DNA from: an uncultured Gemmatimonadales bacterium
GTDB lineage: Bacteria > Gemmatimonadota > Gemmatimonadetes > Gemmatimonadales > Gemmatimonadaceae
Assembly (NCBI GenBank): GCA_963707505.1
Contig: CAVPQB010000004.1
Coordinates: 704,001 to 768,000, forward strand
Length of the DNA stretch: 64,000 nt
Direction of reading: 5' to 3'
Shown: piece after piece, positions 46,625-56,724 of the stretch
Layout: each line of letters begins with the position of its first letter
Numbering within the stretch: the stretch's first letter is position 1
The notes under the pieces: model-generated
Seen by the model: only the letters and a program-made list of their open reading frames with translations
What the model was told of the DNA's origin: nothing
Database searches by the model: none
Made by a program: the position numbers and the translations under genes

Positions 46625-49600
46625 ATGAAGCGATTTGTTTGTTGTTGTGCCGCCTTTGCCGCCATAGCCGGGTCCATACTGGCAATCCCTGCTGTGGCGC
46701 AGGCGCAAACGGCCGTGGTATCAGGCCGAGTCACCGCAGAAACCGGTGAAGCAATTCCCGCGGCGACCGTCGCGATCCCCGCACTGAGCGTCGGAGCGGT
46801 CACCGATGATCAGGGACGCTATACCTTTGCAATTCCAGCGTCGCGCCTTACGAGTACCTCTGTCACCGTGATGGTGCGGCGAATCGGGTACCGTTCGCAG
46901 AGCATCGTCATCTCTCCTCACCTCGGCTCGACGACGACGGCCAATTTCACCCTCGCGGCTCTGGTCAATCAGCTCGAGGGTGTCGTTACAACGGCCCTCG
47001 GCCAGCAACGTGAAAAGAGCCAGCTCGGAACCGCACAGCAGGAAATCTCGAGCAAGGAACTCAACGCCACCCACTCGCAGAACTTCGTCGACCAGCTGGC
47101 AGGCAAGATTTCCGGCATGGCCGTGACAGGGTCCGGCACGCCCGGTGCCTCGACCAAGATCACGATTCGCGGCTCCAACTCGATCAACGGCGATAACAAT
47201 CCGCTCTTCGTGGTGGACGGTGTGCCCGTGTCGAACGACAACCGCGGCGGCTCGTTCAATGTGGGCTCGCTCTCGAACGCCGCGAGCTCGGGGCTGGATC
47301 TCGGCAGTGTAATCAACGACATCAATCCCGAGGACATCGAGTCCGTCTCCGTGCTCAAGGGGCCGAACGCGGCCGCACTCTACGGGTCACGGGCGGCGAA
47401 CGGCGTAATCGTCATTACCACGAAGCACGGGGCCAACACCGACGCCAAGCTCCGGACGGCTCTCACCAGTACCTATACGTGGGATACGCCTTCCACTTAC
47501 ATGAACTGGCAGAACCTCTACGGCCAGGGGTCTGGTGGCAACTTCGCATACGTCGACGGAAAGGGCGGCGGCGTCAACGACGGTTACGATCAGAGCTACG
47601 GTCCGCGCCTCAATGGTCAGCTGATTCCGCAGTTCGACAGTCCTGTCGTCAACGGAGTCCGCCAGGCAACGCCATTCGTTGCTCACCCCGACAACGCCGA
47701 TAGCTTCTTCCAGACAGGGCACAACATCTCGAATACCTTCGCTGTGTCCGGCGGAACCGACAACGCAAACGGGCGCTTCTCCGTTGGCAACAACGAGACG
47801 CAGGGTGTCATTCCCAACAACACGTTCCGTACTCTGTCGAGCGCCCTTGCGGGCAACTTCCGCATCGGCAAGAAGTTCACTACCTCAGGAACCGTTCAGT
47901 ACGTTCAGGGAACCGCCCACAATCGTCCTGGTCAGGGCTACAATACCGGCATTCTCGAACAGTTCATCTGGTTCGGTCGCCAGGTCGACATGAACGAGCT
48001 GAAGGCACAGCAGTACGATGCGAATGGCAACCTGTACAACTGGAACCTCAACTTCCACAACAACCCGTACTGGCTGCAGTATGACAATCCGGAGTACGAC
48101 ATACGCAACCGCGTCATCGGAAGCGTGAGCGGCACGTACACCGTCAACAACTGGCTTTCGGCAACCCTTCGCGGCGGGCAGGATTACTACAACTGGAAGA
48201 TCAATCGCGACTTCGCGGCTGGTAACATCCAGTATTCCGATCCGAATTACGCCGGGGCGTTCTCGAACGCGACTCAGGACAACACTGAAAGCAACGTCGA
48301 TCTGCTGCTCAACGTGAACAAGCAGCTCAGGACGCGTCTCGCATTTACGGGTTTGCTCGGTGGAACCCTGCGTCGCAACACGTTTGGATCCACGAACGTC
48401 TCGACGCCCGGTATCTCCGTACCCGGGATCTACAACGTCTCCAACGCTGCCATCACGCCGACGCTTCAGCAGTTCGACTCTGATCAGCGCGTGAACAGTG
48501 TATACGAGTCCGGCGCGCTGACGTGGGACAATTGGTGGACTGTCGAGGCAACCGGTAGAACCGACTGGTCGTCGACACTTCCCCAGGGTCAGAACTCGTA
48601 TTTCTACCCCGGCGTCAATACGTCGCTGGTCCTTACAAACGCACTTCCGCAGCTCAAGTCCAACTTTCTCACGTACGCGAAGCTGCGCGGTGCATTCGCG
48701 CGTGTCGGCAGCGATGCCACGCCATACCAGTTGGCCACGGTGTTCAACGGTGCTTCGACCAAGTTCGGATCACTGCCGAAATTCTCGCTTTCCGACAACC
48801 TCGCAAACGCCAATCTGAAGCCGGAGCAGACGACAAGTTCCGAAGTTGGCGCGGAGCTCGCGTTCTTCGACAGCCGAGTTACCGTTGACGCGAGTTACTA
48901 CGACAAGGAAACGAAGAATCAGATCCTGAACCTCGTGATCCCACCGACGTCGGGTTATCTGACGCAGGCGATCAATGCCGGACAGATCTCCAATAAGGGC
49001 TTCGAGGCAACATTTGCAGTTACGCCGCTGCGCTCCGACAACGGCCTCAACTGGACAAGCACGTTCAACTACGCGAGCAACAAGAGCAAGGTCGTCGCAC
49101 TGACTCCCGGACTCACCACTGTCGTGCTCGGCACTCAGCGTAGCGCATCCGTAGTGGCGACGGCTGGTCAGCCGTACGGCCAGCTCACCGGCTACACGTT
49201 CCTGCGCGATTCCAGTGGCAATCTGCTCACGCAGAAAGGTTTGCCGATCCGCGGACCGGTGGCGACGCTCGGCAACGTCAATCCAAACTGGATTGGCGGC
49301 TGGAATAACGCCTTCAAGATCAGGCGGTTCACGGCGAGCTTCCTGTTCGACTTCCACGAGGGCGGAAAGTTCTTCAGCAACACGAACATGATGTGCGATC
49401 AGAGCGGCATGTGCGCGAACACGCTGAAGGGACGCGAGGTTGACTGGAACAATCCAGGAATCGTCGTCAACGGAATCGATAAGGCTTCAGGGAAGCCGAA
49501 CACGGTCAATGTCACGTCGGAGCAGTACTTCCAGTCGCTCTGGCTGATCAATCAGGCCTACACGTACGACGACAGCTACATCAAGCTGCGCGAGGTACGA

Positions 49601-49810
49601 GTCGGCTACGACCTGCCAACATCATTCGCAAATCGTTTCAGTGCGCAAACGATAAACGTGGCGCTAGTGGGACGGAATCTCTGGACGCATTCGAACGTCC
49701 CGAACATCGATCCGGAGTTCACGTATAACACCGGGAACGCCCAGGGACTTGAATTCGCGCCGATGCCGACGAACCGCAGCATTGGTATCACGCTGCAGGT
49801 CACCCCATAA
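46625..49810 (+). CDS. SusC/RagA-family TonB-dependent transporter
   Basis: GGAGG RBS, signal peptide, PLFVVDGVP, DINPEDIESVSVLKGPNAAALYGSRAANGVIVITTK, LKPE. Confidence 0.96.
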   Translation: MKRFVCCCAAFAAIAGSILAIPAVAQAQTAVVSGRVTAETGEAIPAATVAIPALSVGAVTDDQGRYTFAIPASRLTSTSVTVMVRRIGYRSQSIVISPHLGSTTTANFTLAALVNQLEGVVTTALGQQREKSQLGTAQQEISSKELNATHSQNFVDQLAGKISGMAVTGSGTPGASTKITIRGSNSINGDNNPLFVVDGVPVSNDNRGGSFNVGSLSNAASSGLDLGSVINDINPEDIESVSVLKGPNAAALYGSRAANGVIVITTKHGANTDAKLRTALTSTYTWDTPSTYMNWQNLYGQGSGGNFAYVDGKGGGVNDGYDQSYGPRLNGQLIPQFDSPVVNGVRQATPFVAHPDNADSFFQTGHNISNTFAVSGGTDNANGRFSVGNNETQGVIPNNTFRTLSSALAGNFRIGKKFTTSGTVQYVQGTAHNRPGQGYNTGILEQFIWFGRQVDMNELKAQQYDANGNLYNWNLNFHNNPYWLQYDNPEYDIRNRVIGSVSGTYTVNNWLSATLRGGQDYYNWKINRDFAAGNIQYSDPNYAGAFSNATQDNTESNVDLLLNVNKQLRTRLAFTGLLGGTLRRNTFGSTNVSTPGISVPGIYNVSNAAITPTLQQFDSDQRVNSVYESGALTWDNWWTVEATGRTDWSSTLPQGQNSYFYPGVNTSLVLTNALPQLKSNFLTYAKLRGAFARVGSDATPYQLATVFNGASTKFGSLPKFSLSDNLANANLKPEQTTSSEVGAELAFFDSRVTVDASYYDKETKNQILNLVIPPTSGYLTQAINAGQISNKGFEATFAVTPLRSDNGLNWTSTFNYASNKSKVVALTPGLTTVVLGTQRSASVVATAGQPYGQLTGYTFLRDSSGNLLTQKGLPIRGPVATLGNVNPNWIGGWNNAFKIRRFTASFLFDFHEGGKFFSNTNMMCDQSGMCANTLKGREVDWNNPGIVVNGIDKASGKPNTVNVTSEQYFQSLWLINQAYTYDDSYIKLREVRVGYDLPTSFANRFSAQTINVALVGRNLWTHSNVPNIDPEFTYNTGNAQGLEFAPMPTNRSIGITLQVTP

Positions 49811-49838
49811 TCCGCCACCGCATACCGAGGAGGAATCA

Positions 49839-51374
49839 ATGAACAAGACTTGGCTACGCGGCCTGACACACGGCCTTACGGGGCTCGCTGTGATTGCCGG
49901 AGCAGTGGCGTGTAACACCGAAAACATCACGACCGCCAACCGGAATCCAAACAGCCCGACTTCCGCACCGGCGGGCGCGCTCTTCACGAGCGCGACTTCA
50001 GCTGCAGTCGGGCGTTGGGTCGGTTTCGGCGGCCCCGCGATCATCATTCAACAGATCGCCAACACGACTTACCCCACGGCAGACTCGTACATCAGTCTTC
50101 AGGCCGACGGTACGACTGGGACATTCAACGGTCCCTACAACAACGACCTGCAGGATCTGCGGCAGGTAATCTCGAAGGGACGGACCGCGTCCGAGCCGGG
50201 CGTGTACGGTCCGGCGATGGTCTTGCAGACCTGGGATTTCAGCTACCTGACCGATTACTTCGGTGATGTCCCGTACTCGGACGCGCTGAAAGCGGATTCG
50301 GGTGTAGTCACTCCGAAGTACGATCCACAGAAGGACATCTACGCTGGCTTCTTCACGACGCTCAAGTCGGCCTCAGATGCAATGGGCGGCGCAGCAGCTG
50401 GCTCGGTCGGTCTCGGGACTGCCGATCCGATATACAGCGGCGATCTCGCGAAGTGGCGCAAATTCGCCAACTCGCTCCGTGCACGTTATGCGATGCGTCT
50501 CGTAAACGTCGATCCGACGACTGCGGACGCGGAGCTCAAGGCTGCGTTCGCCGACGCGGGGGGCGTGTTTGCCTCCAACGCTGACAACGCTCAGCTCACG
50601 TGGCCCGGGGATGGTGTCTCGGACAATCCGTTCGCGGATAACCTGAAGACGCGCGACGACGGCCGTCTTGCTCGCACGATGACGTCGCTCATGACGAACG
50701 ATCCACGCATCAAGGTTTATGGCCAGCCGGTTGTCGACAGCTCGGCATATCCAGGCGGCTACGGCGGAATGCCGGCGGCACTGCTGCAGGACTCTGCCAA
50801 CGTATGGTACCGAAAGGCGTCGCGTCCGGGTGTCGTGTTCTATCCCGGCGTCACATCGTACGGCACCTTCGGTAGTTCTGCCGGCCTCTCGTTTCCATCG
50901 AAGCTCATGACGTACGCCGAGTTGATGTTCATCCGCGCGGAGGCAGCCGAACGCGGCATCGGCGGAGTCCCGCATGGCGAGGCGGCGGCGGATTACAATG
51001 CCGCAATTCAGGCGTCGATGGCGCAGTGGGGAGTGACGGACGCTTCAGCCATCGCCTCGTTCATGGCTCAGCCGAGTATCGCCTATCAGGGCGGCACGGC
51101 GGGGCTCAAGCAGATCGCAACACAGAAATACATCGCGCTGTTTGGCGATGACGGCCAGGCATGGGCAGAGTGGCGCCGCACCTGTACGCCGGCCATCGTT
51201 CCAGGGCCGAGCACGATAGTCCCGTACATTCCGCGTCGTTACTACTACTCGACCACTGAAGCGTCGGTCAACGCGACGAATCTGAACGCTGCGATCGCAC
51301 GGCAGGGTCCGGACAACTTCGGCACTCGTGTGTACTGGGATACCAAGCCGACGGCAGCTCCAACCTGCCAGTAG
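49839..51374 (+). CDS. SusD/RagB-family lipoprotein
   Basis: GAGGAGG RBS, lipobox AVAC, TDYFGDVPYSDA, KWRKFANSL, QKYIAL, WAEWRR, RVYWD; follows susC. Confidence 0.95.
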   Translation: MNKTWLRGLTHGLTGLAVIAGAVACNTENITTANRNPNSPTSAPAGALFTSATSAAVGRWVGFGGPAIIIQQIANTTYPTADSYISLQADGTTGTFNGPYNNDLQDLRQVISKGRTASEPGVYGPAMVLQTWDFSYLTDYFGDVPYSDALKADSGVVTPKYDPQKDIYAGFFTTLKSASDAMGGAAAGSVGLGTADPIYSGDLAKWRKFANSLRARYAMRLVNVDPTTADAELKAAFADAGGVFASNADNAQLTWPGDGVSDNPFADNLKTRDDGRLARTMTSLMTNDPRIKVYGQPVVDSSAYPGGYGGMPAALLQDSANVWYRKASRPGVVFYPGVTSYGTFGSSAGLSFPSKLMTYAELMFIRAEAAERGIGGVPHGEAAADYNAAIQASMAQWGVTDASAIASFMAQPSIAYQGGTAGLKQIATQKYIALFGDDGQAWAEWRRTCTPAIVPGPSTIVPYIPRRYYYSTTEASVNATNLNAAIARQGPDNFGTRVYWDTKPTAAPTCQ

Positions 51375-51397
51375 GCCGGTAGCAAAGGCGGGAAGAT

Positions 51398-51443
51398 AAA
51401 ACGGGAGCCCATCACTGCACCTCTGTGATGGGCTCCCGTTTTT
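51398..51443 (+). terminator. Intrinsic terminator after susD, possibly bidirectional
   Basis: AAAACGGGAGCCCATCAC-9 nt-GTGATGGGCTCCCGTTTTT. Confidence 0.88.
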
Positions 51444-51537
51444 CGTGCGCGCATTCGCTGGCCGAGTAAATAGATGTGCCAGCTACTAGGGTCGATTCAT
51501 TACTGAATCAACAGGAGAGCGTGGATCGGGGGCGTAA

Positions 51538-51571
51538 AGAAGCCGGTGTGACTGTAGCCACACCGGCTTCT
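51538..51571 (-). terminator. Probable terminator of the minus-strand VPS10 gene
   Basis: AGAAGCCGGTGTG-8 nt-CACACCGGCTTCT, 17 bp past the stop. Confidence 0.7.
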
Positions 51572-51588
51572 GCGTGCGTGGAGCGGCG

Positions 51589-54500
51589 TTACCTGGCTGC
51601 TCGAGCCACCGCATTGTGCGTGGCACCGCACGACGGAGCGCTGGGCACTTCGCCGAGTGGGAGTGGCGTCAGCTGAGCGTGCTCCAGTACGCTATTCAGT
51701 TGCGGTATTGTCGTTGTGTGGAGTCTGTGCAGCTCTGTCAGAGCGGCGTCGATCTGTCGACAGTTCGCCTGGACCGCGCCCAGATTGCTCTCGGTTGGCA
51801 GGAGATCGCCGAAGTCGGCGTCTTCGAGGTGCCTCGTCAGGTCGCGATTGGCGAAACCGAACTCGCCATCCGCAAGCTGTGACAGTTGCCTGGACAACGA
51901 TCCGATCGCTGCAGTGACCTCGGGTGCATTCGGCTTGCCGGCGATCCTTGCTTCGTTGGCGGTCAGCGCCTTGCGCATCCGATCGACTACGTAGTAACCG
52001 TCGTAGCTGGTCGCCATCCCGGCAGTAATCACTTTCTCCGATTCGAATTGCGCCGCGAGCTGTTCCTGAGTGACGGGTACGCGCGGATCGTTCCTGAGTG
52101 TGAAGTCCTGCTTGTACGTGTGACCGTCGACTGTCAGCTCGACCGTGTACTTGCCCGGGATGGCCATGATTCCCGGCGGCTGAACGCGCGGCGTATTTCC
52201 CCGTACGGCGTGCCACGTGAGCGTGTACTCGGTGTAGGTGAGCATGTTGCCGGAATAGCCGTACGGCAGCGTCTTGGGGTCCGGATAGCGCAGGTCCCAG
52301 AGCACGCGATGCAGGCCGGCCGTGGTGGGTAATCCTTCCGGAGGTGAGAACCAGTATGTGGGAACGTTCGGCATGAGACTGGGCGGCGGTGCCGTGTTTG
52401 TGTACTGCCGAACCAGGTTCCCGGCCTGGTCCCGAATGGAGATACTTATCGGTCCCGACGCAGCTGTGGCGAGGTGGTAATAAATCATCGCACCTTCTGG
52501 CGCGTTCTCGCCCGCCGGAACTTCGGGCGGCCTCGGCGTATCCTGATCGTTGTCCCAGCGGACACGGTAGGTCGTCTGCGGGGCATACAGATACGGCGCA
52601 CTGCCAGCAGCGATTGCCTGTTCTGCATCGCGGAGAGGCGTGACGTCGTCCATCACCCAGAGGCCGCGGCCGTATGTCGATATCGCTATGTCATTCTCGT
52701 GGATCGCGATGTCGCTTACAACGGTGTGGGGAAGGTTGATCTGAAGCGACTGCCAGTGATTTCCGCTGTCGAACGAAACCCACGCGCCTGTGACCGTACC
52801 AGCATATAACAAGTTCGGCTTGACTGGATCTTCGCGCACCACGCGAACGAGACCTTCGTCTGGCAGGCCGGTAACGATCTTCGTCCAGCTCTTGCCGTAA
52901 TCGGTGGTGCGATAGATGTACGGATGGAGGTCGCCCGGCGCGCCGACCGCAGCGTACGCAGTCCCATCGTTGCTGTGCGAAGCGTCGATGATGTTTATGC
53001 CGGCGCGCGCGGGAAGGCCAGCCGGCGTGACGTCGGTCCAGCTCTTTCCACCATCGCGAGTGAGCTGGATGACGCCGTTGTTGGTGCCAGCCCATATCTC
53101 GCCTTTCGTCAGAGTCGATACGGACAGCGTCTGAATGAAGGCATCGTACCGTCGGAAGCGCGGCGCGGCGGAGCTTGTGTCCAGTGGTGCCCCCGGAGCG
53201 GTGAGATCGGGACTGATCTTGCGAAAATGCCGAGCGCTGTCGTCGGATTGCATCACATACTGCGCCGCGAGATACATGACGCGCGGATCCTGCGGCAGGA
53301 ATACCGTTGGCGGCAGACCACCGAAACGATCTTCCGGCGTCGGAGTGTAAAGCACCGCGACCTGGCCCGTCGTGCGATCGTATCTGCGGAGGGTGTGATA
53401 CCATCCCTGTGTGAATATCCAGCGCGGATTGAGAGGATCCGGCGCGATTGCGCCGCGCTCGAACCCACCGACAGCATACCAGTCGTTTTCACGGATCCGG
53501 CCGTAATCGCTCCGGCTCAGGACACATGCAGTTCCGCTGTCCTGTTGTGATCCACACACCCTGTACGGAAAGTCTCCATCGACGGCGACGTTGTAAAACT
53601 GCCCGTTGGGCATGATGTACCAGGGTGTCCATGTCACGCCGTTGTCGACACTTATGGTGGGTCCCTGATCGGCTCCCATCAACATCCGGCGCGGATTGGA
53701 CGGATCGATCCAGAGGTCTCGATTGTCGTCTCCGCCGGGCGCGCCCTTGTACGAATTGAAAGTGCGTGCGCCATCCAGAGAGCGATACATCGAGGTTCCC
53801 ATGAGATAAACGACGTCCGGATTTTTGGGATCGACGTAAATCCTGCCGCCGGCACTTCCGAGTTCCTTGGTGCCGAGCGTCCATGAGTTGCCGCCGTCGT
53901 CGGAGCGGTAGACTCCACCTGCGTCGCGGCCGGCGCCCTGCGCTTCGGCGTAGACGCGCCTGCCATGGGTTCCGGAAGCAACTGCCATCTCATAGCTCGG
54001 GATCCGCTCTGGAAGCCCTTTACCGCTTACCGGAGTCCACGTGACTCCCTGGTCCACCGACTTGTACATCCCGTTTCCGAGCGGGGCGAGCGCCGCAAGC
54101 TCCGCCGGCGAGACGCCAGTCATCCCGCGCTGAAGCGACGCGTAGATGATCCGTGGATCGGAAGCGTCGAAAGTCATGTTCTTGACGCCGGTGTAGGGGT
54201 CCTTGTACAGCACGCGTTTCCAGGTCGCGCCGCCGTCCGATGTGCGGTAAACGCCACGCGACTCGTTGGCAGGCCCACCGGAAGCGGGCGCTCCGATTGC
54301 GCCCACCAGAACTATGTTGGGGTTCCTGGGGTCGACGATTATCGCGTTTATGTAGCGCGTTTTTTCCAGGCCGATATTGCGCCACGTCTTTCCACCGTCC
54401 GTCGTTTTGTAAACGCCGTTGCCGGATGAAAAGGACCAGCCCGAGGGATCACCCGTGCCGACATAGACCGTGTTTGGACTCGACGGCGCGGCTGCTACGG

Positions 54501-54780
54501 CTCCGATCGAAGCGACGTGGGCATCGTCGAACACGGGAGACCAGACCGTGCCGGCACTGGTCGTTTTCCACACACCGCCCTCTGGTGTCCCGACGTAATA
54601 GGTGGTGGGATCGCCAGGTATTCCCGTCACTGAGGAGATGTTGCCCGCGCGGTACGGACCAATCGATCTCCATTTGAGACCGGCGAGGTAGTCCGGAGCA
54701 ACCTTCTGTGCCAGCGACGGCACCGAGAGTGCCGCAAGCGAGAGAGCCGCGAGCGCGGCAACGATCGGTTTGTACTCCAT
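51589..54780 (-). CDS. Second exported VPS10/BNR-repeat protein
   Basis: GGAGG RBS, signal peptide, KWRSIGP, many Asp-boxes, GSQQDSG, TYGRG. Confidence 0.92.
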   Translation of the reverse strand: MEYKPIVAALAALSLAALSVPSLAQKVAPDYLAGLKWRSIGPYRAGNISSVTGIPGDPTTYYVGTPEGGVWKTTSAGTVWSPVFDDAHVASIGAVAAAPSSPNTVYVGTGDPSGWSFSSGNGVYKTTDGGKTWRNIGLEKTRYINAIIVDPRNPNIVLVGAIGAPASGGPANESRGVYRTSDGGATWKRVLYKDPYTGVKNMTFDASDPRIIYASLQRGMTGVSPAELAALAPLGNGMYKSVDQGVTWTPVSGKGLPERIPSYEMAVASGTHGRRVYAEAQGAGRDAGGVYRSDDGGNSWTLGTKELGSAGGRIYVDPKNPDVVYLMGTSMYRSLDGARTFNSYKGAPGGDDNRDLWIDPSNPRRMLMGADQGPTISVDNGVTWTPWYIMPNGQFYNVAVDGDFPYRVCGSQQDSGTACVLSRSDYGRIRENDWYAVGGFERGAIAPDPLNPRWIFTQGWYHTLRRYDRTTGQVAVLYTPTPEDRFGGLPPTVFLPQDPRVMYLAAQYVMQSDDSARHFRKISPDLTAPGAPLDTSSAAPRFRRYDAFIQTLSVSTLTKGEIWAGTNNGVIQLTRDGGKSWTDVTPAGLPARAGINIIDASHSNDGTAYAAVGAPGDLHPYIYRTTDYGKSWTKIVTGLPDEGLVRVVREDPVKPNLLYAGTVTGAWVSFDSGNHWQSLQINLPHTVVSDIAIHENDIAISTYGRGLWVMDDVTPLRDAEQAIAAGSAPYLYAPQTTYRVRWDNDQDTPRPPEVPAGENAPEGAMIYYHLATAASGPISISIRDQAGNLVRQYTNTAPPPSLMPNVPTYWFSPPEGLPTTAGLHRVLWDLRYPDPKTLPYGYSGNMLTYTEYTLTWHAVRGNTPRVQPPGIMAIPGKYTVELTVDGHTYKQDFTLRNDPRVPVTQEQLAAQFESEKVITAGMATSYDGYYVVDRMRKALTANEARIAGKPNAPEVTAAIGSLSRQLSQLADGEFGFANRDLTRHLEDADFGDLLPTESNLGAVQANCRQIDAALTELHRLHTTTIPQLNSVLEHAQLTPLPLGEVPSAPSCGATHNAVARAAR

Positions 54781-54926
54781 GGGCCAACCTCCCGGCGCCG
54801 TGGCGCCGAACGTATTGAAAATGCGACCTCACGAGGTACGGCGCGTTTGGTTGTGCATCGCGTGTAGGCCGGCGCCAGACGCCGCTGCCACAACGTACCC
54901 TTACGGGTCGCCGTATTTAACCGTAT

Positions 54927-54941
54927 TGTATACTGTATCCG
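54927..54941. promoter_or_regulatory. Palindromic operator candidate, copy 4
   Basis: TGTATACTGTATCCG in the divergent VPS10/DUF885 promoter region. Confidence 0.6.
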
Positions 54942-55012
54942 AGAATTGGTAAGAGGCGATATTCGCGAATTAGTCGCCAGAGCCGTTGAACGCTGGTCCA
55001 ACCCCAGGCCCG

Positions 55013-56672
55013 ATGACTGTGAAACTGGCATTTGTGGGAATGCTCGCGCTCGCGACAGCATGCTCGCCCAGGAGCGAGACGCGAGCTACTCAACGCACCC
55101 AGTATGCGGATCTCGTAGCGCTGTTCCATGACTGGCGCACGTTTCGAGCAGCCAAAAATCGTCGACGGCGCGCCGGATTACTCCGTGGCGGCGATGACTG
55201 CGCAGCACGCCGAGCTCGGACGTTACCAGCGTCGCCTCGCCGACATGGATACCACTGGCTGGACCACTCCACAGCAAGTGGATTACAACATCGTCCGCGC
55301 GGAGATGAACGGGCTGGACTTCAGTCACCGCGTGCTGAGGCCCTGGGCGAGAAACCCATCCTTCTACGTCTATTACTTCCCGTCACGAAGCGATCAGCCG
55401 GCGCGCGAAGGCACCGTAGTATCAGGTGCGATCGAGATGTGGATGTACACGTTCCCGTTGTCGCCGGCGAGCGCTGACAGCCTTGCAGCGCGGTTGCGAA
55501 CGATTCCGAAACTGCTCAAGGCAGCTCGGGTCAACCTCGACGGCAATGCGAAGGATCTGTGGAATTACGGCATTGCCGACATCAGGGCGCAGAGTCGCGC
55601 GCTCGCAGCGCTGTCCGCAAGGGTCGCGACGACCAACCCCGGCGTCGACTCAGCGGCGCAACAGGCTCGCACCGCGACCGACGAATTCGCCACATGGCTG
55701 GAACAGCAGGCGCCATCGAAGACGGGTCCGTCCGGAGTCGGAGTCGACAACTACAACTGGTATCTGAAGAACGTCCAGCTCGTGCCGTACACCTGGGACG
55801 AGGAAGAAGTCCTGATGCGTAGAGAGCTTGCGCGTTCGCGCGCCTCGCTCAAGCTCGAGGAAGACAGGAACCGCAAGCTTCCGCCCCTTGTTCCCATCTC
55901 GGATTCGGCGACCTACGTCAATCGCTTCAACGCCGGCGTAACCGAGTACATGAACTTCCTGCGTGATCACGACATTCTTACGGTCCAGCCTTACATGGAT
56001 CCGGCACTACGTGCAAGAATCGGTCGCTTTCATCCAGCGGACAAGCCGCGCGAATTCTTCGATGAGGTCTCTTACCGCGATCCAATGATCATGCTCACGC
56101 ATGACTTTCACTGGTTCGACCTCGCCAGAATGGCGGCACAGCCTCATCCGGATCCGATCAGGCGCGATGCACTGCTCTACAACACATTCGTCACACGCAC
56201 CGAAGGATTCGCGACTGCATTCGAAGAGATGATGGCGCGAGAGGGCTTCGTCGACACGCATCCCCGGTCGAACGAGCTCATCTACGTGCTGGTCGCCGAG
56301 CGCGCAGCACGAGCACTTGGCGATCTGCATCTGCAGAGTAATGACTTCACCATGGATCAGGCCAGGAAGTTCGCTTCCGAGTGGACGCCGCGGGGCTGGC
56401 TGCGAGTGGATGGCGAGACGGTCACCGGTGAACAGCACCTGTATCTGCAGCAACCCGCGTATGGAACCAGTTACATCATGGGCAAGATCCAGTTCGATGA
56501 GCTACTCGACGAACGCGCCAGGCAGCTTGGCGATGCATACTCGACCAGGCGCTTCATGGACGAGTTCAACGACGCCGGATTGATACCAATGTCGCTCATT
56601 CGCTGGGAGCTCACCGGCAACACCGATCAGATCAAGGCAATGACACGGCCTGACTCGGCCCGGTCGCATTAA
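55013..56672 (+). CDS. DUF885-like lipoprotein with one frameshift near 55143
   Basis: Lipoprotein signal MTVKLAFVGMLALATAC in one frame; body (EGFATAFEE, YIMGK) in the next; removing one T at 55142-55144 joins them. Confidence 0.75.
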
Positions 56673-56724
56673 CGTGTCGAGCCGCTGGGTAGCAACGCAA
56701 TATCTCAACAGAATGGAGATTCGC

